From: an uncultured Acidobacteriota bacterium
Lineage (GTDB): Bacteria > Acidobacteriota > Terriglobia > UBA7540
Assembly: GCA_963804995.1 (NCBI GenBank)
Contig: CAWDSK010000006.1
Span: forward strand, 1,728,001 to 1,792,000
Direction of reading: 5' to 3'
Length of the DNA: 64,000 bases
Position numbers and translations under genes: made by a program. Of the stretch, positions 22,756-32,316 are shown piece after piece; positions within the stretch are counted from its first letter, which is position 1, and every line of letters starts with the position of its first letter. The notes under the pieces are model-generated. The model made no database searches. It had not been told where the DNA came from and worked only from the letters and a program-made list of their open reading frames with translations.

Positions 22756-22875
22756 TGTAGTGCGTCGCAATTCGTAGTGCTTATTATTGATGTTGTGGCG
22801 CTGAGCTTTAGCTCAGCACATGCCGACCTGAAGGTCGGCGCCACAAGTACGATTACTCGCGAGGCACTGCGCTAG
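22752..22875. mobile_element. MITE-like element bounded by CTAG, containing a REP doublet
   Basis: CTAG at both ends; imperfect terminal IR tagtgtagtgcgtcgc / gcgaggcactgcgcta (13/16); internal doublet 22794-22845. Confidence 0.45.
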
Positions 22876-23019
22876 GTTGAGTTTGTCACTACGCCGAGCC
22901 GTTTCCGCTTCCCCAATCGGAAGCGCTGGGCGGCGTCCCTCTCGGCCAATAGGAAACCCGGCCGCAGAAGCATCATTCCTGCTTCGTGAGTCTCGCGCCC
23001 TGATCCTAAAAGAGAGGTC

Positions 23020-23913
23020 TCATTTGCCCGGCTTTATGGCAGGTTCTTTGCCGGGTGGGGGGGCAGATTCTTTGGCTGGCTCCGGAACGGGATCCTTGCC
23101 AATGTCTTTTACCGATTGTTTCCCTGCCGCTTTATCGGGATCTTTGGCGGCATCTTCAGTGGGATATTGCACGATGAGCGAGATTCGCCGATTGGAGGGA
23201 TCCTCGGGAGCGTCGGGCTTGCGCAAGTGCTGGTCGGCATAACCCCTCACTTGCGTCACTTGGTCGGCGTGCAAACCATTCTGTTGCATGAGCCGCCGGG
23301 CATTATTGGCACGGTCCACGGAAAGTTCCCAGTTTCCGTATTCACCCCCGTGGCGTATCAAGGGTTTGGAGTCGGTATGCCCCTCAATCGAGATTTTGTA
23401 GGGAACGCTACCTAACTCCTTGGCAAGCGCGATGAGCGCTTCCTTGCCGCTATCATTCAGATCCGGACTACCGCTTTCGAAAAAGGTGCCCTCGGCCGAT
23501 TCCATCAGTTCAATACGCAGCCCTTCGGAAGTTACCGTCATCTCAATCTGGTTCTTCAGCCTATTAATGCCTTCGATCTGGTGGATAGTGCTCTGGAGGC
23601 TTTCTTTCAACTTCGACATGTTTTCTTTGGAGACGGTGAGGCTATCCCCGGGGCCCGCTCCGGTGCTCTCACCGGGGCCCCTTCCGTTACCACCCGTTAA
23701 CTTGGTAGTCCCCGCCGGATCCTTGAAATAACCCGCGACGGCCTGCTGGATTTTTTTGCTGCTGTTCATTAACCAGAGCACGATGAAGAGCGCCATCATG
23801 GCGGTGACAAAGTCGGCGTAGGCCACCTTCCAGGCGCCGCCATGGTGCCCGCCATGGCTCCCTTTTTTCTTGATTACAATAATCGGCCGGATTGGATTTG
23901 TTGTACCTGCCAC
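23020..23913 (-). CDS. motB: Flagellar stator protein B
   Basis: WKVAYADFVTAMMALF; OmpA-like EGHTD, NWELS..RA, NRRI. Confidence 0.93.
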   Translation of the reverse strand: MAGTTNPIRPIIVIKKKGSHGGHHGGAWKVAYADFVTAMMALFIVLWLMNSSKKIQQAVAGYFKDPAGTTKLTGGNGRGPGESTGAGPGDSLTVSKENMSKLKESLQSTIHQIEGINRLKNQIEMTVTSEGLRIELMESAEGTFFESGSPDLNDSGKEALIALAKELGSVPYKISIEGHTDSKPLIRHGGEYGNWELSVDRANNARRLMQQNGLHADQVTQVRGYADQHLRKPDAPEDPSNRRISLIVQYPTEDAAKDPDKAAGKQSVKDIGKDPVPEPAKESAPPPGKEPAIKPGK

Positions 23914-24091
23914 GCAATCCTTCGCAAAATCCGAAATCTGCAGCGCCCGTTTGTTGCCTGGTTATAACAACTCCACGTTCTTTGCCACACACCCGGACGA
24001 AACAGAATAGGGCAACGATGACCGCAGGAACGCGGCGCACCGCGCGCTCAGGCAAAGGGGATTATGCCCAATCCAGTTCCGGATTTCGAGT

Positions 24092-24982
24092 CTATGCCGC
24101 CGCCTCTTCCGCCTTCGGCGCGGCTTCCCCGCCCTGGTTGCGGCAATAGCCCTCGAGCTCCTGGAAGGTGGGGCGTACATGCCCGGGAATTGCCCGGCGT
24201 GCTACCTCCACGGCCATAATGGGGGCGGTGCCTTTGATAAAGGAAGCCATTGCCACGCGCAGCACGTACAAGTAGGCATGCTCATCTTCCGCGGCCTTGG
24301 TCATGTTGGCGGCAACGGGTCCCACCAAGCCGTAACACATCAGAATGCCCAGGAACGTGCCCACCAGCGCCGCGGCAACTTTGTTCCCAATCTCTTCGGG
24401 GGGCCCTCCCAAGGCGCCCATGGTAATGACCACGCCCAGCACGGCGGCCACGATTCCGAGACCGGGCAACGAATCCGCCATAGTACCCAATGCCGAAACA
24501 GGCTGATTGGCATCATGATGATGAACGTCCATATCCAGCTCGATCATCTGGTCAAGTTCAAACGCCTCCACAGCGTTGCTGGCTACCAGGCGCATGGTGT
24601 CGCAAACGAAATCCCGAAGGTGATGGTCCTTGAGGAAGTCGGGATATTTGGAAAACACCGTGCTCTTTTCCGGGTCATCGGTATCGCCTTCGATCGCCAC
24701 CAAACCATCCCGGCGCGCCCGGGTGAAAAGCTCAAACATCATCTTCAGCGAGTCGAGATACCACTGCTTGTTGAATTTCGATCCTTTGAAGACGCCGGGA
24801 AGACCTCCAGCAATAGCTTTCAGGATATGAAGGGGATTCGCAATCAGCAGCGTTCCCACGCCCGCCCCACCAATGATGAGCAATTCTGCCGGTTGCAGAA
24901 GCACCTTGATGTTGCCGTGCTCCATCAGGTAGCCCCCCAGCACTGCCCCGAAGACCACCACGATTCCTATGATCGCAAACAT
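24092..24982 (-). CDS. motA: Flagellar stator protein A
   Basis: QPAELLIIGGA, LPGLGIVAAVLGV, ALVGTFLGI. Confidence 0.93.
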   Translation of the reverse strand: MFAIIGIVVVFGAVLGGYLMEHGNIKVLLQPAELLIIGGAGVGTLLIANPLHILKAIAGGLPGVFKGSKFNKQWYLDSLKMMFELFTRARRDGLVAIEGDTDDPEKSTVFSKYPDFLKDHHLRDFVCDTMRLVASNAVEAFELDQMIELDMDVHHHDANQPVSALGTMADSLPGLGIVAAVLGVVITMGALGGPPEEIGNKVAAALVGTFLGILMCYGLVGPVAANMTKAAEDEHAYLYVLRVAMASFIKGTAPIMAVEVARRAIPGHVRPTFQELEGYCRNQGGEAAPKAEEAAA

Positions 24983-25004
24983 CTTCCCTTATCTCCCCGA
25001 CCGG

Positions 25005-25928
25005 CTATGGTTCTGTTGCATTGAGCACCGTGACGCAGTCGCCGCCCGCTGTGGCGCTTTGCTCAAGCGCCTTCGCCAACCGCTCCATGAGTGATTCCAG
25101 CGCCTCGCCCGGATCGACGGCGGTTCCCCCCACCGAAGCCGTAACCGACAGCGGGTCACCCCACCACGTTATCACCGAGCAACTAATCAGCCTCTTGAGC
25201 TGTTCCGCGGTAGACTGCAAGGCGCCCTCACCGCAGTTTGTGACCATGACCAAAAACTGGCTGTTCGTCCAGCGGCCAACGTAATCCAGCGTGTCGAGTC
25301 CATTCCTCAGAGTATGCGCGGCCACATTCAATAGGGCCTCCGCCGCGACCAAGCCATGAGTGGCCGTAAGGCTTCCCAACTGGTCCAACCTGATCGAGAG
25401 GATACCGAACGGGATCACATGTTCTGTCGAAAACTTGAGCCGCTCGGCCAAATATGAATCCGTAAAGGTCTGATCCGGGAGCCGCGTAACCGCGTCAAGC
25501 CCGTGACCTACGGCCAAGTCACTCCCCGGACAGTGCTGGGCGGAGGCGCAATGAATCTCGACAAAGCTCTCCGCTGCACCGATCACCTGATCGTGGGCAT
25601 TGCGGATGGGGACAGCTCGCACCGAGACGGGAACCGGGTACCCAGCCTTGTGATGAAGGTAGACCTGCACCTCGCGCGGCTGCCCATCCCGCATGGCGGC
25701 CAGGACCGGGCAGGCATGGTTGCAGAGCGCCGTGTCGTTCTTGTCGAAGTGAACCAGAAGATCGTCACGGCAGAAACGCCCCATAACCTCCTGACGCAGA
25801 AAGCCGGTAATTTCCTCGGCGCCGTCATTCCAGAAGACGATCTTGCGCTCCGGGTCCACGATGCAGACGCCAATCGTCAAACTCTCCAGGACCGCCCTGA
25901 GGATTTCCGGCTCATGCAGGTCTAACAT
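25005..25928 (-). CDS. PAS + degenerate GGDEF domain protein
   Basis: PAS (WNDGAEEITG); GGDEF position reads GRWTNSQF; VTASVG. Confidence 0.8.
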   Translation of the reverse strand: MLDLHEPEILRAVLESLTIGVCIVDPERKIVFWNDGAEEITGFLRQEVMGRFCRDDLLVHFDKNDTALCNHACPVLAAMRDGQPREVQVYLHHKAGYPVPVSVRAVPIRNAHDQVIGAAESFVEIHCASAQHCPGSDLAVGHGLDAVTRLPDQTFTDSYLAERLKFSTEHVIPFGILSIRLDQLGSLTATHGLVAAEALLNVAAHTLRNGLDTLDYVGRWTNSQFLVMVTNCGEGALQSTAEQLKRLISCSVITWWGDPLSVTASVGGTAVDPGEALESLMERLAKALEQSATAGGDCVTVLNATEP

Positions 25929-25946
25929 GAAAACTCCTTCTACCTC

Positions 25947-25973
25947 TTATCGGCTGGAATCCGTCGGTCTTGA
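25947..25973 (-). promoter_or_regulatory. sigma28 (FliA)-type promoter
   Basis: TCAA-N15-GCCGATAA, 18 nt upstream of ATG 25928 with GAAGGAG SD. Confidence 0.7.
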
Positions 25974-26064
25974 GGTAGATTGCGGGGCCACGATGGGTCT
26001 TTAAGGCAGGGCCAGAAGCCGGCCGGGATTGAACCGGCGCCCTCGCGGCATCAATTCGCAATAT

Positions 26065-27102
26065 TTATTGAGGGAAGTCAGCAGGCGGGGTGATTTTCTC
26101 CCAACCTTCCCCATTGAGTGAATCGAGAAAAGCCAGCAGATCCTGCTTGGTCTGCTCATCCAAATAAAATGGTGTAAGGCGAGTGTCGAGGTGGGGATTC
26201 GGCAATCCTCCCTTAGCGTACATATCCAAAACCTCTCCAAGCGTTGCGATGCTGCCGTCATGCATGTAGGGCGCGCGATGGGCAAGATCCCGCAGGCTGG
26301 GTATTTTGAATTTCCCAATGTCGCCCCGCTTTTTCGTCACCGCTTCCTGGCCAGGATCGGGATGGGCCTGGCCCATGCCGATTCCCAGGTTGGCGAATTT
26401 TTCCGTGGTGAAGTTCGGGCCGGAGTGGCATTCGGCGCATTCGCCCTTCTTATTGAAGAAATCCAAACCATCCTTCTGTTGTTTCGTCAGGGCGGATTTA
26501 TCACCGGCCAAGTAGCGGTCATAGGCAGAATCACCTGAAACAATGGTGCGCTCGAAGGTTGCGAGGGCTTTGGCAACGCGCTCAAAGGTGATGGTGCTGT
26601 CTCCGAAGGCAGCGGCAAAAAGCGGGGCGTAGCCTTTGATCTCCCGCAGCTTTTGGACTACCGCGTCCGGCGTCATTCCCATCTCATTGGGATTGGTCAC
26701 CGGAACAATAACCTGTGACTCCAGCGTAGCCGCCCGCCCATCCCAGAATTGCGATTTGCCCCAGGCGCGGTTGATCAGGGTCGGTGAGTGGCGAACTCCC
26801 AGCTTTCCATTCACCCCTTTCGACAAGGGCGTACTGGCCGCGAAGGCATGACTGGGCTCATGACAGAAAGCGCACGACACTACACCATTCGAAGAAAGGC
26901 GGCCATCGAAGAAGAGCATCTTGCCTAGTTCAACACGCGCCGGTGAGTATGGATTGTCTTCCGGCCAGGGAATGGGCGGCAGCCCTAATGGAACTGTGAA
27001 ACCGGCTGATGGGGCCTGCACCTTAGCCGGGGGCGCGGGGAAAGATACAAGGCCCGCCAGCAAAAGTGCTGCTAGTCGCGCGCCATTGAAAAGCGGGGTC
27101 AA
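26065..27102 (-). CDS. Di-heme cytochrome c peroxidase (CcP/MauG family)
   Basis: CAFCH and CAECH, QFWDGRA, PYMHDG, signal peptide. Confidence 0.9.
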   Translation of the reverse strand: MTPLFNGARLAALLLAGLVSFPAPPAKVQAPSAGFTVPLGLPPIPWPEDNPYSPARVELGKMLFFDGRLSSNGVVSCAFCHEPSHAFAASTPLSKGVNGKLGVRHSPTLINRAWGKSQFWDGRAATLESQVIVPVTNPNEMGMTPDAVVQKLREIKGYAPLFAAAFGDSTITFERVAKALATFERTIVSGDSAYDRYLAGDKSALTKQQKDGLDFFNKKGECAECHSGPNFTTEKFANLGIGMGQAHPDPGQEAVTKKRGDIGKFKIPSLRDLAHRAPYMHDGSIATLGEVLDMYAKGGLPNPHLDTRLTPFYLDEQTKQDLLAFLDSLNGEGWEKITPPADFPQ

Positions 27103-27173
27103 TTGCTACTCCCGGTCTCTGGTGGCGTGGCGGCGTCCCGATCAGATCGGGACAGGTTCCGCCGCCTCTACCC

Positions 27174-27995
27174 CTAATCCGTCCCCCCGGGGTTGGGTTT
27201 AAGAACTCGAGGGACATGTGGCGTGATGAATCGAAAACGCCGTCCGATAATCATTTTGACCAGCAGGTGATCGGTGCTCCGCGTTGCGCCCACGCCCACA
27301 CCGAAGTTGAATTCCCAGTTCGGACCGAAGTCATAATCGATTGTAGGGATGATCTGTTGTTGCTGCAAATAGAGGGCGTCAAAACCCGTAACCGGTCCCA
27401 GTGAGCCGTAGTATTCGAGGCCCGCACTGAGTTTCCGTGTGAGGGAATAAGCAGCCTTGAAGTTGGGAGAAAAACCCACGCCTTCCGAAACGCTCGGCCC
27501 ATGAAACGACCTCTCCAGTGCCGGATTGAAGGCCAGGTACCAATGCTTCCACTGCTTGTCGACGATGGGGCGAATCTCCCACGTCCAGGTGTCCGCAGAA
27601 AAGATGGGCCGCTGGTAGCCGATCTCAGTCGAGACGCTCACGCCCACCGGCCAATTCCATTTTTCCGGGACGCGGACCCTGGGGCGAATGTGATCGCCCA
27701 CCCACTTATAACCCTCATGCGGACCGTAACTCGTGAAGATATAGAGGCCGGTCTCAAACCAATCCGTCCAGCCCTGAGTGACCTCGACCGTTTCGTGAGT
27801 CTGATGTTCATCCGGAAGCACGCCTTGGTTGAGGGTCTTGAATCCTTCAAAGGTAAAATTGCTGTGCAGCTCGATCATGGTGCGGCCGGGCGCTACCGTG
27901 TCGGCTCCGTATACCTGAATTTCGTAGTTGCCTTGGCCATAGAGCGGCAAAGCGGCCGCGGCTATCAGGATGGCGAATTGGATACCCTTGAGCAA
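27174..27995 (-). CDS. Putative outer-membrane beta-barrel protein
   Basis: Signal peptide; alternating aromatic-rich strands; GRRF near C-terminus. Confidence 0.55.
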   Translation of the reverse strand: MLKGIQFAILIAAAALPLYGQGNYEIQVYGADTVAPGRTMIELHSNFTFEGFKTLNQGVLPDEHQTHETVEVTQGWTDWFETGLYIFTSYGPHEGYKWVGDHIRPRVRVPEKWNWPVGVSVSTEIGYQRPIFSADTWTWEIRPIVDKQWKHWYLAFNPALERSFHGPSVSEGVGFSPNFKAAYSLTRKLSAGLEYYGSLGPVTGFDALYLQQQQIIPTIDYDFGPNWEFNFGVGVGATRSTDHLLVKMIIGRRFRFITPHVPRVLKPNPGGTD

Positions 27996-28143
27996 TGTCT
28001 TTTTCGCACGCGAATTCCCATCTTACCTTAGAGCAGGTTTTTCAGGGAACCCCTTAGGCCGTCGGGTGCTGTCCTAATCTGAACGTAGCGCCGCCCTTAT
28101 GTTTTTGGATTTTTAGCTTGTAGAATTCTCAAACGCCCAAGTG

Positions 28144-28306
28144 ACCCCTCACCCCCACCGCGCAAAACGTGGGGCCCCCTTCCCGCCCCGGCTGATGAAG
28201 ACGCCGGCGGCGGTCCACCCTCTCCCCTCGGAGAGGGCTAGGCACCGTAGGTCCCAGCCTTCTCCCAGGGGAGAAGGTGGCCGACGTAGGAGGACGGATG
28301 AGGGGT
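28144..28306. repeat. REP-like element (CCCCTCACC...CCCTCTCCC/GGAGAGGG family); second copy at 32602-32738
   Basis: Shared core tcccgccccggctgatgaa.acgcc...gcggtccaccctctccc at both sites. Confidence 0.7.
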
Positions 28307-28479
28307 TACTTCCAAATTGATCATCGGGGCCGAGAGCCGGGGTGGTGCTGACTTGGAATAAAAGGGGTGGCCAAAATCCACCATCGACTGGTGGTTTATG
28401 GCCAGACGTAGCGAGGCGAATCAGCCCAGGCATATAAAAAAACTCTAATGCTTTCAATGGCCTACAGGCGAGGTGCGTT

Positions 28480-28496
28480 TTGGCGATACAGTTGCC
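28480..28496 (+). promoter_or_regulatory. Candidate sigma54 promoter
   Basis: TTGGCGAT-ACAG-TTGCC with correct -24/-12 spacing, 35 nt before ATG 28532. Confidence 0.4.
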
Positions 28497-28531
28497 CTCT
28501 GTGGGAGTGGGCAAGACAAAGGGGATTAACT

Positions 28532-29521
28532 ATGGGCAGCATCCAAACCAAAGTAATTCGGAAAGTCATCAACTATCTTGCGGTGTTTGCACTGGCGACA
28601 TCGAGCCTGGCGTTCGGGCAAGACCCGGACCCCGGCCCGCCGCCGAAGGCAGACACCTCTCCCGGGTGGCACCGTTTTTCCTACCCTGCGCCTCAGGCAA
28701 ATCCGGAACAGCCGAATACGCCGCCTGACGCTCCACCGACGGCTCCGGTTCCGCAGGTTGATCCGCAGATGGTGCCGGCACTGATAACCATTCCGGCGGG
28801 GACCTTTGTCACCGTGCGGGTTGATCAGTTCCTCTCTTCCGACAAGAACCAGGCGGGCGATGGGTTTTCCGCGACGCTCTCACGACCCCTGGTGGCTAAC
28901 GGCGTAGTGATCGCGCGCCGGGGTCAGACCCTCGGTGGCAAGGTTACAGAAGCCCAGAAGGCCGGCCGCGTCAAGGGCGTTTCCCGGCTGGCGGTGCAGT
29001 TGAACTCCTTGACTTTGGTGGATGGCGAACAAGTGCCGATCGAGACGGCATTGGATAACCTGAAGGGCCCCACGTCGAACGGCAGAGACGCGGGAGCGAT
29101 TGTCACGACGACCGGCGTGGGCGCAGCCATTGGCGCCGGGGCAGCCGGGGGCGTGGGCGCCGGAATTGGCGCTGGAGCAGGCTTAATTGTCAGCACCATC
29201 GGCGTGCTGGTGACCCGCGGGCGTCCCTCCATGATCTATCCCGAGTCGCAGTTGACGTTCCGCCTGGCAAAGGCCGTCACCTTCTCAACCGCACAGGCGC
29301 CACAAGCTTTCATTCCGGTGAACACACCGGCGTACGGCCAGCCCGCCAGGGCGCAGGGTCCTCCGCCACCGGCCTATCGGAGCTCTTGTGGCTATCCCGG
29401 CTGCGTGGCGCCGCCCCCTCCGTACTATTACCCACCGGCCTATCCCTACTACTGGGGGCCGACCTTCTCGTTCTGGTATGGGCCGGGGTTCTACGGCCGG
29501 GGCTTCGGGTTCAGGCGCTAA
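28532..29521 (+). CDS. Secreted Pro-rich protein with TrbI/VirB10-like beta domain and glycine zipper
   Basis: Signal peptide; TIPAGT.VTVR...LSS...GD.F.A.L; GAAIGAGAAGGVGAGIGAGAG. Confidence 0.6.
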   Translation: MGSIQTKVIRKVINYLAVFALATSSLAFGQDPDPGPPPKADTSPGWHRFSYPAPQANPEQPNTPPDAPPTAPVPQVDPQMVPALITIPAGTFVTVRVDQFLSSDKNQAGDGFSATLSRPLVANGVVIARRGQTLGGKVTEAQKAGRVKGVSRLAVQLNSLTLVDGEQVPIETALDNLKGPTSNGRDAGAIVTTTGVGAAIGAGAAGGVGAGIGAGAGLIVSTIGVLVTRGRPSMIYPESQLTFRLAKAVTFSTAQAPQAFIPVNTPAYGQPARAQGPPPPAYRSSCGYPGCVAPPPPYYYPPAYPYYWGPTFSFWYGPGFYGRGFGFRR

Positions 29522-29526
29522 GCCGT

Positions 29527-29569
29527 AAGGAACCCACGATGAGCAGGGCGCTCGTCGTGGGTTCCCTTA
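29527..29569. terminator. Strong stem-loop after the 28532-29521 gene
   Basis: ggaacccacgatgagc ... gctcgtcgtgggttcc. Confidence 0.55.
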
Positions 29570-29604
29570 ATTGCCTCCACCCATCGCAACTCGCACCTAA
29601 CCCA

Positions 29605-29784
29605 GTGTTGAGCTCCGCTCCGATCTTCAAGCGGGGCCGAGGTGGAGTTTACGAAGCTTGGGGGCAAACAGAATCTGGGCGGCACCTGCTGGTAATCTTC
29701 CGATATCTAGGACACAATCGAGCGTGGCCTATTACGGCCCGCGATATGGATGAAAATGAAAAAAGGTTCTTCCGTAAAAAGTAA
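29605..29784 (+). pseudogene. 5'-truncated BrnT-like toxin
   Basis: Y.AWGQTESGRHLLVIF...PITARDM...EKR; the N-terminal FEWD part is absent. Confidence 0.6.
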
Positions 29785-30028
29785 CGATCACACCACTCGC
29801 AAGAAGCTGGTCTATGTGAAATCGGCGGCGGAGATCCCGGATTTCAAGTCGGAGGATGAAGTTGCCGCGTGGTACCAGACCCACAGCACGGTCTTGATCC
29901 AGGACCAGCTTGAAACGCTGCCCGCCCGAGTGGGCGGCAAACTCCGTGCGCGCCTCGCCGTCCGTCGCGGCAACGGGAACACCTTGCCCAGAAGCCAGCG
30001 GCGCACCCGCTCGGCCCAGTCCACTTGA
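29750..30028 (+). CDS. BrnA/CopG-like antitoxin (possibly decayed)
   Basis: IPDFKSEDEVAAWYQTH; overlaps the toxin 3' end. Confidence 0.55.
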   Translation: MKMKKGSSVKSNDHTTRKKLVYVKSAAEIPDFKSEDEVAAWYQTHSTVLIQDQLETLPARVGGKLRARLAVRRGNGNTLPRSQRRTRSAQST

Positions 30029-30053
30029 TCCCAGCCCCTCAGCCCTTACCCAC

Positions 30054-30170
30054 TCAACTGGCCGTACTGCGGAGCTTGACTGGCTGATAAGTTCCCGGCA
30101 CTGCGCGAAAGCCGATGGCAATGCGATTCCAGGTGTTGATGGTGGTGATAGCCAGTGTATCGATTCTCAC
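30054..30170 (-). pseudogene. C-terminal remnant of a carboxymuconolactone decarboxylase/AhpD-like protein
   Basis: Hand translation TLAITTINTWNRIAIGFRAVPGTYQP matches the IN.WNR C-terminus of this family. Confidence 0.55.
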
Positions 30171-30290
30171 CTCCTGATATGCCCTTCCTTAATTTGGATG
30201 ACCCACAACCTGATTTCGATGCAGTCTGGTTTCGGAAGGAGTAAACTTCGCGAAGTCTTTTAAGAACTGTAGTCCGCAAAAGGAGGATTC

Positions 30291-30425
30291 ATGCTGGGCT
30301 CTTTGACATTCGCCGTTTGTGTACTCATGCACTACCACTACCACGACGCGATTCCCTGGTATATCTGGATATTCGCCATTTTCTTGTCGTTTAGCGATCA
30401 GGCTGTGAAGTTCAAGAAGGCCTAA
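30291..30425 (+). CDS. 44-aa small membrane protein (below ORF-track cutoff)
   Basis: AGGAGG SD; MLGSLTFAVCVLMHYHYHDAIPWYIWIFAIFLSFSDQAVKFKKA. Confidence 0.55.
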   Translation: MLGSLTFAVCVLMHYHYHDAIPWYIWIFAIFLSFSDQAVKFKKA

Positions 30426-30514
30426 CGCGCCGCTGCAAACCGCCCCAAACCAGAGTAAAATGCCAGGGGCAAAATCCGAACAATAATTCAAATCACCGAA
30501 TAAGGAGACGCATC

Positions 30515-30721
30515 ATGGCAGGAATCTACAAGCTCACGGAAATCGTCGGCACATCGCCGACCAGCTTCGCAGAGGCGGTACGCGCGGCGGTTGCCGAGGC
30601 CGCCAAAAGCCTTCGGCATTTGGAATGGTTTGAGGTCGTCGAGCAGCGCGGGCGCATTGCCGAGGGCAAAGTTACGGAGTTTCAAGTCACGGTTAAGATC
30701 GGATTCAAGCTGGAGAGGTAG
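30515..30721 (+). CDS. Dodecin (flavin-binding)
   Basis: YKLTEIVGTS, WFEV...RG, QVTVKIGF; TAAGGAG SD. Confidence 0.9.
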   Translation: MAGIYKLTEIVGTSPTSFAEAVRAAVAEAAKSLRHLEWFEVVEQRGRIAEGKVTEFQVTVKIGFKLER

Positions 30722-30850
30722 GCGGTAGGGTACAGGGAATAGGTGACAGGGAACAGTAAGAGCTGTTAGCTTGCAGCTCCTGGCTCCTGCCCTGTAACCT
30801 GTACCCTGTACCCTGTTCCCTATTCCCTGTTCCCTATCCCCTGTTCCCTA
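30722..30850. repeat. Inverted pair of heptamer tracts (ACAGGGA-like / TCCCTGT-like) between convergent genes
   Basis: 7-bp periodicity on both arms. Confidence 0.75.
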
Positions 30851-32209
30851 TTTCTTAAAGTCCTCGGGCACATCGATCAGCCGCCCCAGCATTTCGTAGG
30901 TACGCATCAGGGCGTGATCCACCATGCGCTCGCCCGCCCCGACTTCAATCCAGGTGGTGGCGCTGGCCGTGCCGTAGCCACCTTCCGTGGCAGCCTTGAG
31001 CGTGGGGAAATAGCCGTTGTAACCGTTGGCGTACCCCAGGAAGAAAGCGTCGGGCACCGGGCAACGGTCGCGCCAATTGATCTGAAAGTCCACAAAGGGC
31101 TCACCCGGCATGGTCATGATGGCGATGCGCTTGTTGATGAGCACCGTGGCCACGGCCAGTTGCCAATCCCCGCGAATCTGCGGCGCAAAGTTCTTGACGA
31201 AATCCTGCCCGTAAGCAGCGATCAACCCCTGCTTGAATTTCTCCGCATTCCAGCGTAGGTGGAAGGGCAGGGTGTCCTCCACGAAATCGAGCGACGCCTG
31301 CGGGGCGGCCTGCGTGTGGATTTCCTTCGCGACACGTGCCGCCTCTTCACCCAGGTGCTGGCCGGTCCAGTCGCGCTTGGCGAGGGCGTTTTGCTCAAGC
31401 GGTACCGCAGCGTCAAAAGAGTTGATATCCCCGGGCGCACCCTGAAGGAAGAAGCAGAGCGGCGGGTTGGCGCCAAAAGATTGCTCCACGGTTTTGGTCA
31501 TCACGCCCGGAAAGTCCGCGGAGAATTGCAGGTTGTCAGGGCCCAGCACTACGGCATGGCAGGAGTAATTCACCAGCACCGCCAGCGGCTTGCCCTCCGC
31601 CGTGTCCACGCGCAAAACGGAGACGGTGGGGTCGACGGGCGCCGTCGGCACGTGCGTGGGATTGGTCCAAAACATGGTGACGGTGCCGTCAGGATTTACC
31701 CGCCGGCGGTTGTAGGCGATGTAAGTCGCTCCGTAGCCCGTGCCCAATTGCGCTTCCACAGCGTGCTCGTGCGCTTCCTGGATGGCCTTGCTGATTTTCT
31801 CAATCGCGGCCGTCTCCCAGGCAGGCGGGCCGGAGGGATATTCATCCATGATGACCGGGCCCGCGTGGGTGTGCGTGGCCTCGACCAGCGTGTAGGTGAT
31901 TCCGCTCGACTGCCGCGCCGCAGCCCGGAGGCGCTCGATTGAAGCGGGACCGAAGGTGCGCCCCAGATCCAAATCCACCCACGCCAACCGCTTCTCTCCG
32001 GCTTCCAAAACCAGCACGCGCGCGTAGAGCGGATCGAGTATTCCTTGCGCGCCCTTCTGCCGGTCAAAGTACCCCCACATCCGTGTCCCCAACGGCGGAG
32101 TGATGTCCACCTTGGCAACGCCCGCCTTGAGTGACGCCGCTTGGACCGGCAGCACCACGCTCAGAATCAGAACACTTAAAATGAGACCCTTGCTTAATCT
32201 TCCCAACAT
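30848..32209 (-). CDS. Neutral/alkaline ceramidase-like secreted amidohydrolase
   Basis: AKVDITP, DPLYAR, ATHTHAGP, NYSCH, GAPGDI, PGEPF. Confidence 0.8.
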   Translation of the reverse strand: MLGRLSKGLILSVLILSVVLPVQAASLKAGVAKVDITPPLGTRMWGYFDRQKGAQGILDPLYARVLVLEAGEKRLAWVDLDLGRTFGPASIERLRAAARQSSGITYTLVEATHTHAGPVIMDEYPSGPPAWETAAIEKISKAIQEAHEHAVEAQLGTGYGATYIAYNRRRVNPDGTVTMFWTNPTHVPTAPVDPTVSVLRVDTAEGKPLAVLVNYSCHAVVLGPDNLQFSADFPGVMTKTVEQSFGANPPLCFFLQGAPGDINSFDAAVPLEQNALAKRDWTGQHLGEEAARVAKEIHTQAAPQASLDFVEDTLPFHLRWNAEKFKQGLIAAYGQDFVKNFAPQIRGDWQLAVATVLINKRIAIMTMPGEPFVDFQINWRDRCPVPDAFFLGYANGYNGYFPTLKAATEGGYGTASATTWIEVGAGERMVDHALMRTYEMLGRLIDVPEDFKK

Positions 32210-32316
32210 CGTCCCTCCTCGTGACAAGTGAAGTCCAGCAGCCCCGTGTGCCCGGTTCGATTACTTTTCCAGAGGCCACGGAATGTCGGGTAAGATACTA
32301 CCGCATTTCAGGGCAA

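Noticed and set aside
23020..24982. Zorya ZorAB defence system
   Set aside because: MotA is a normal 296 aa with no long tail, there is no zorC/D/E, and a sigma28-type promoter points to flagellar function
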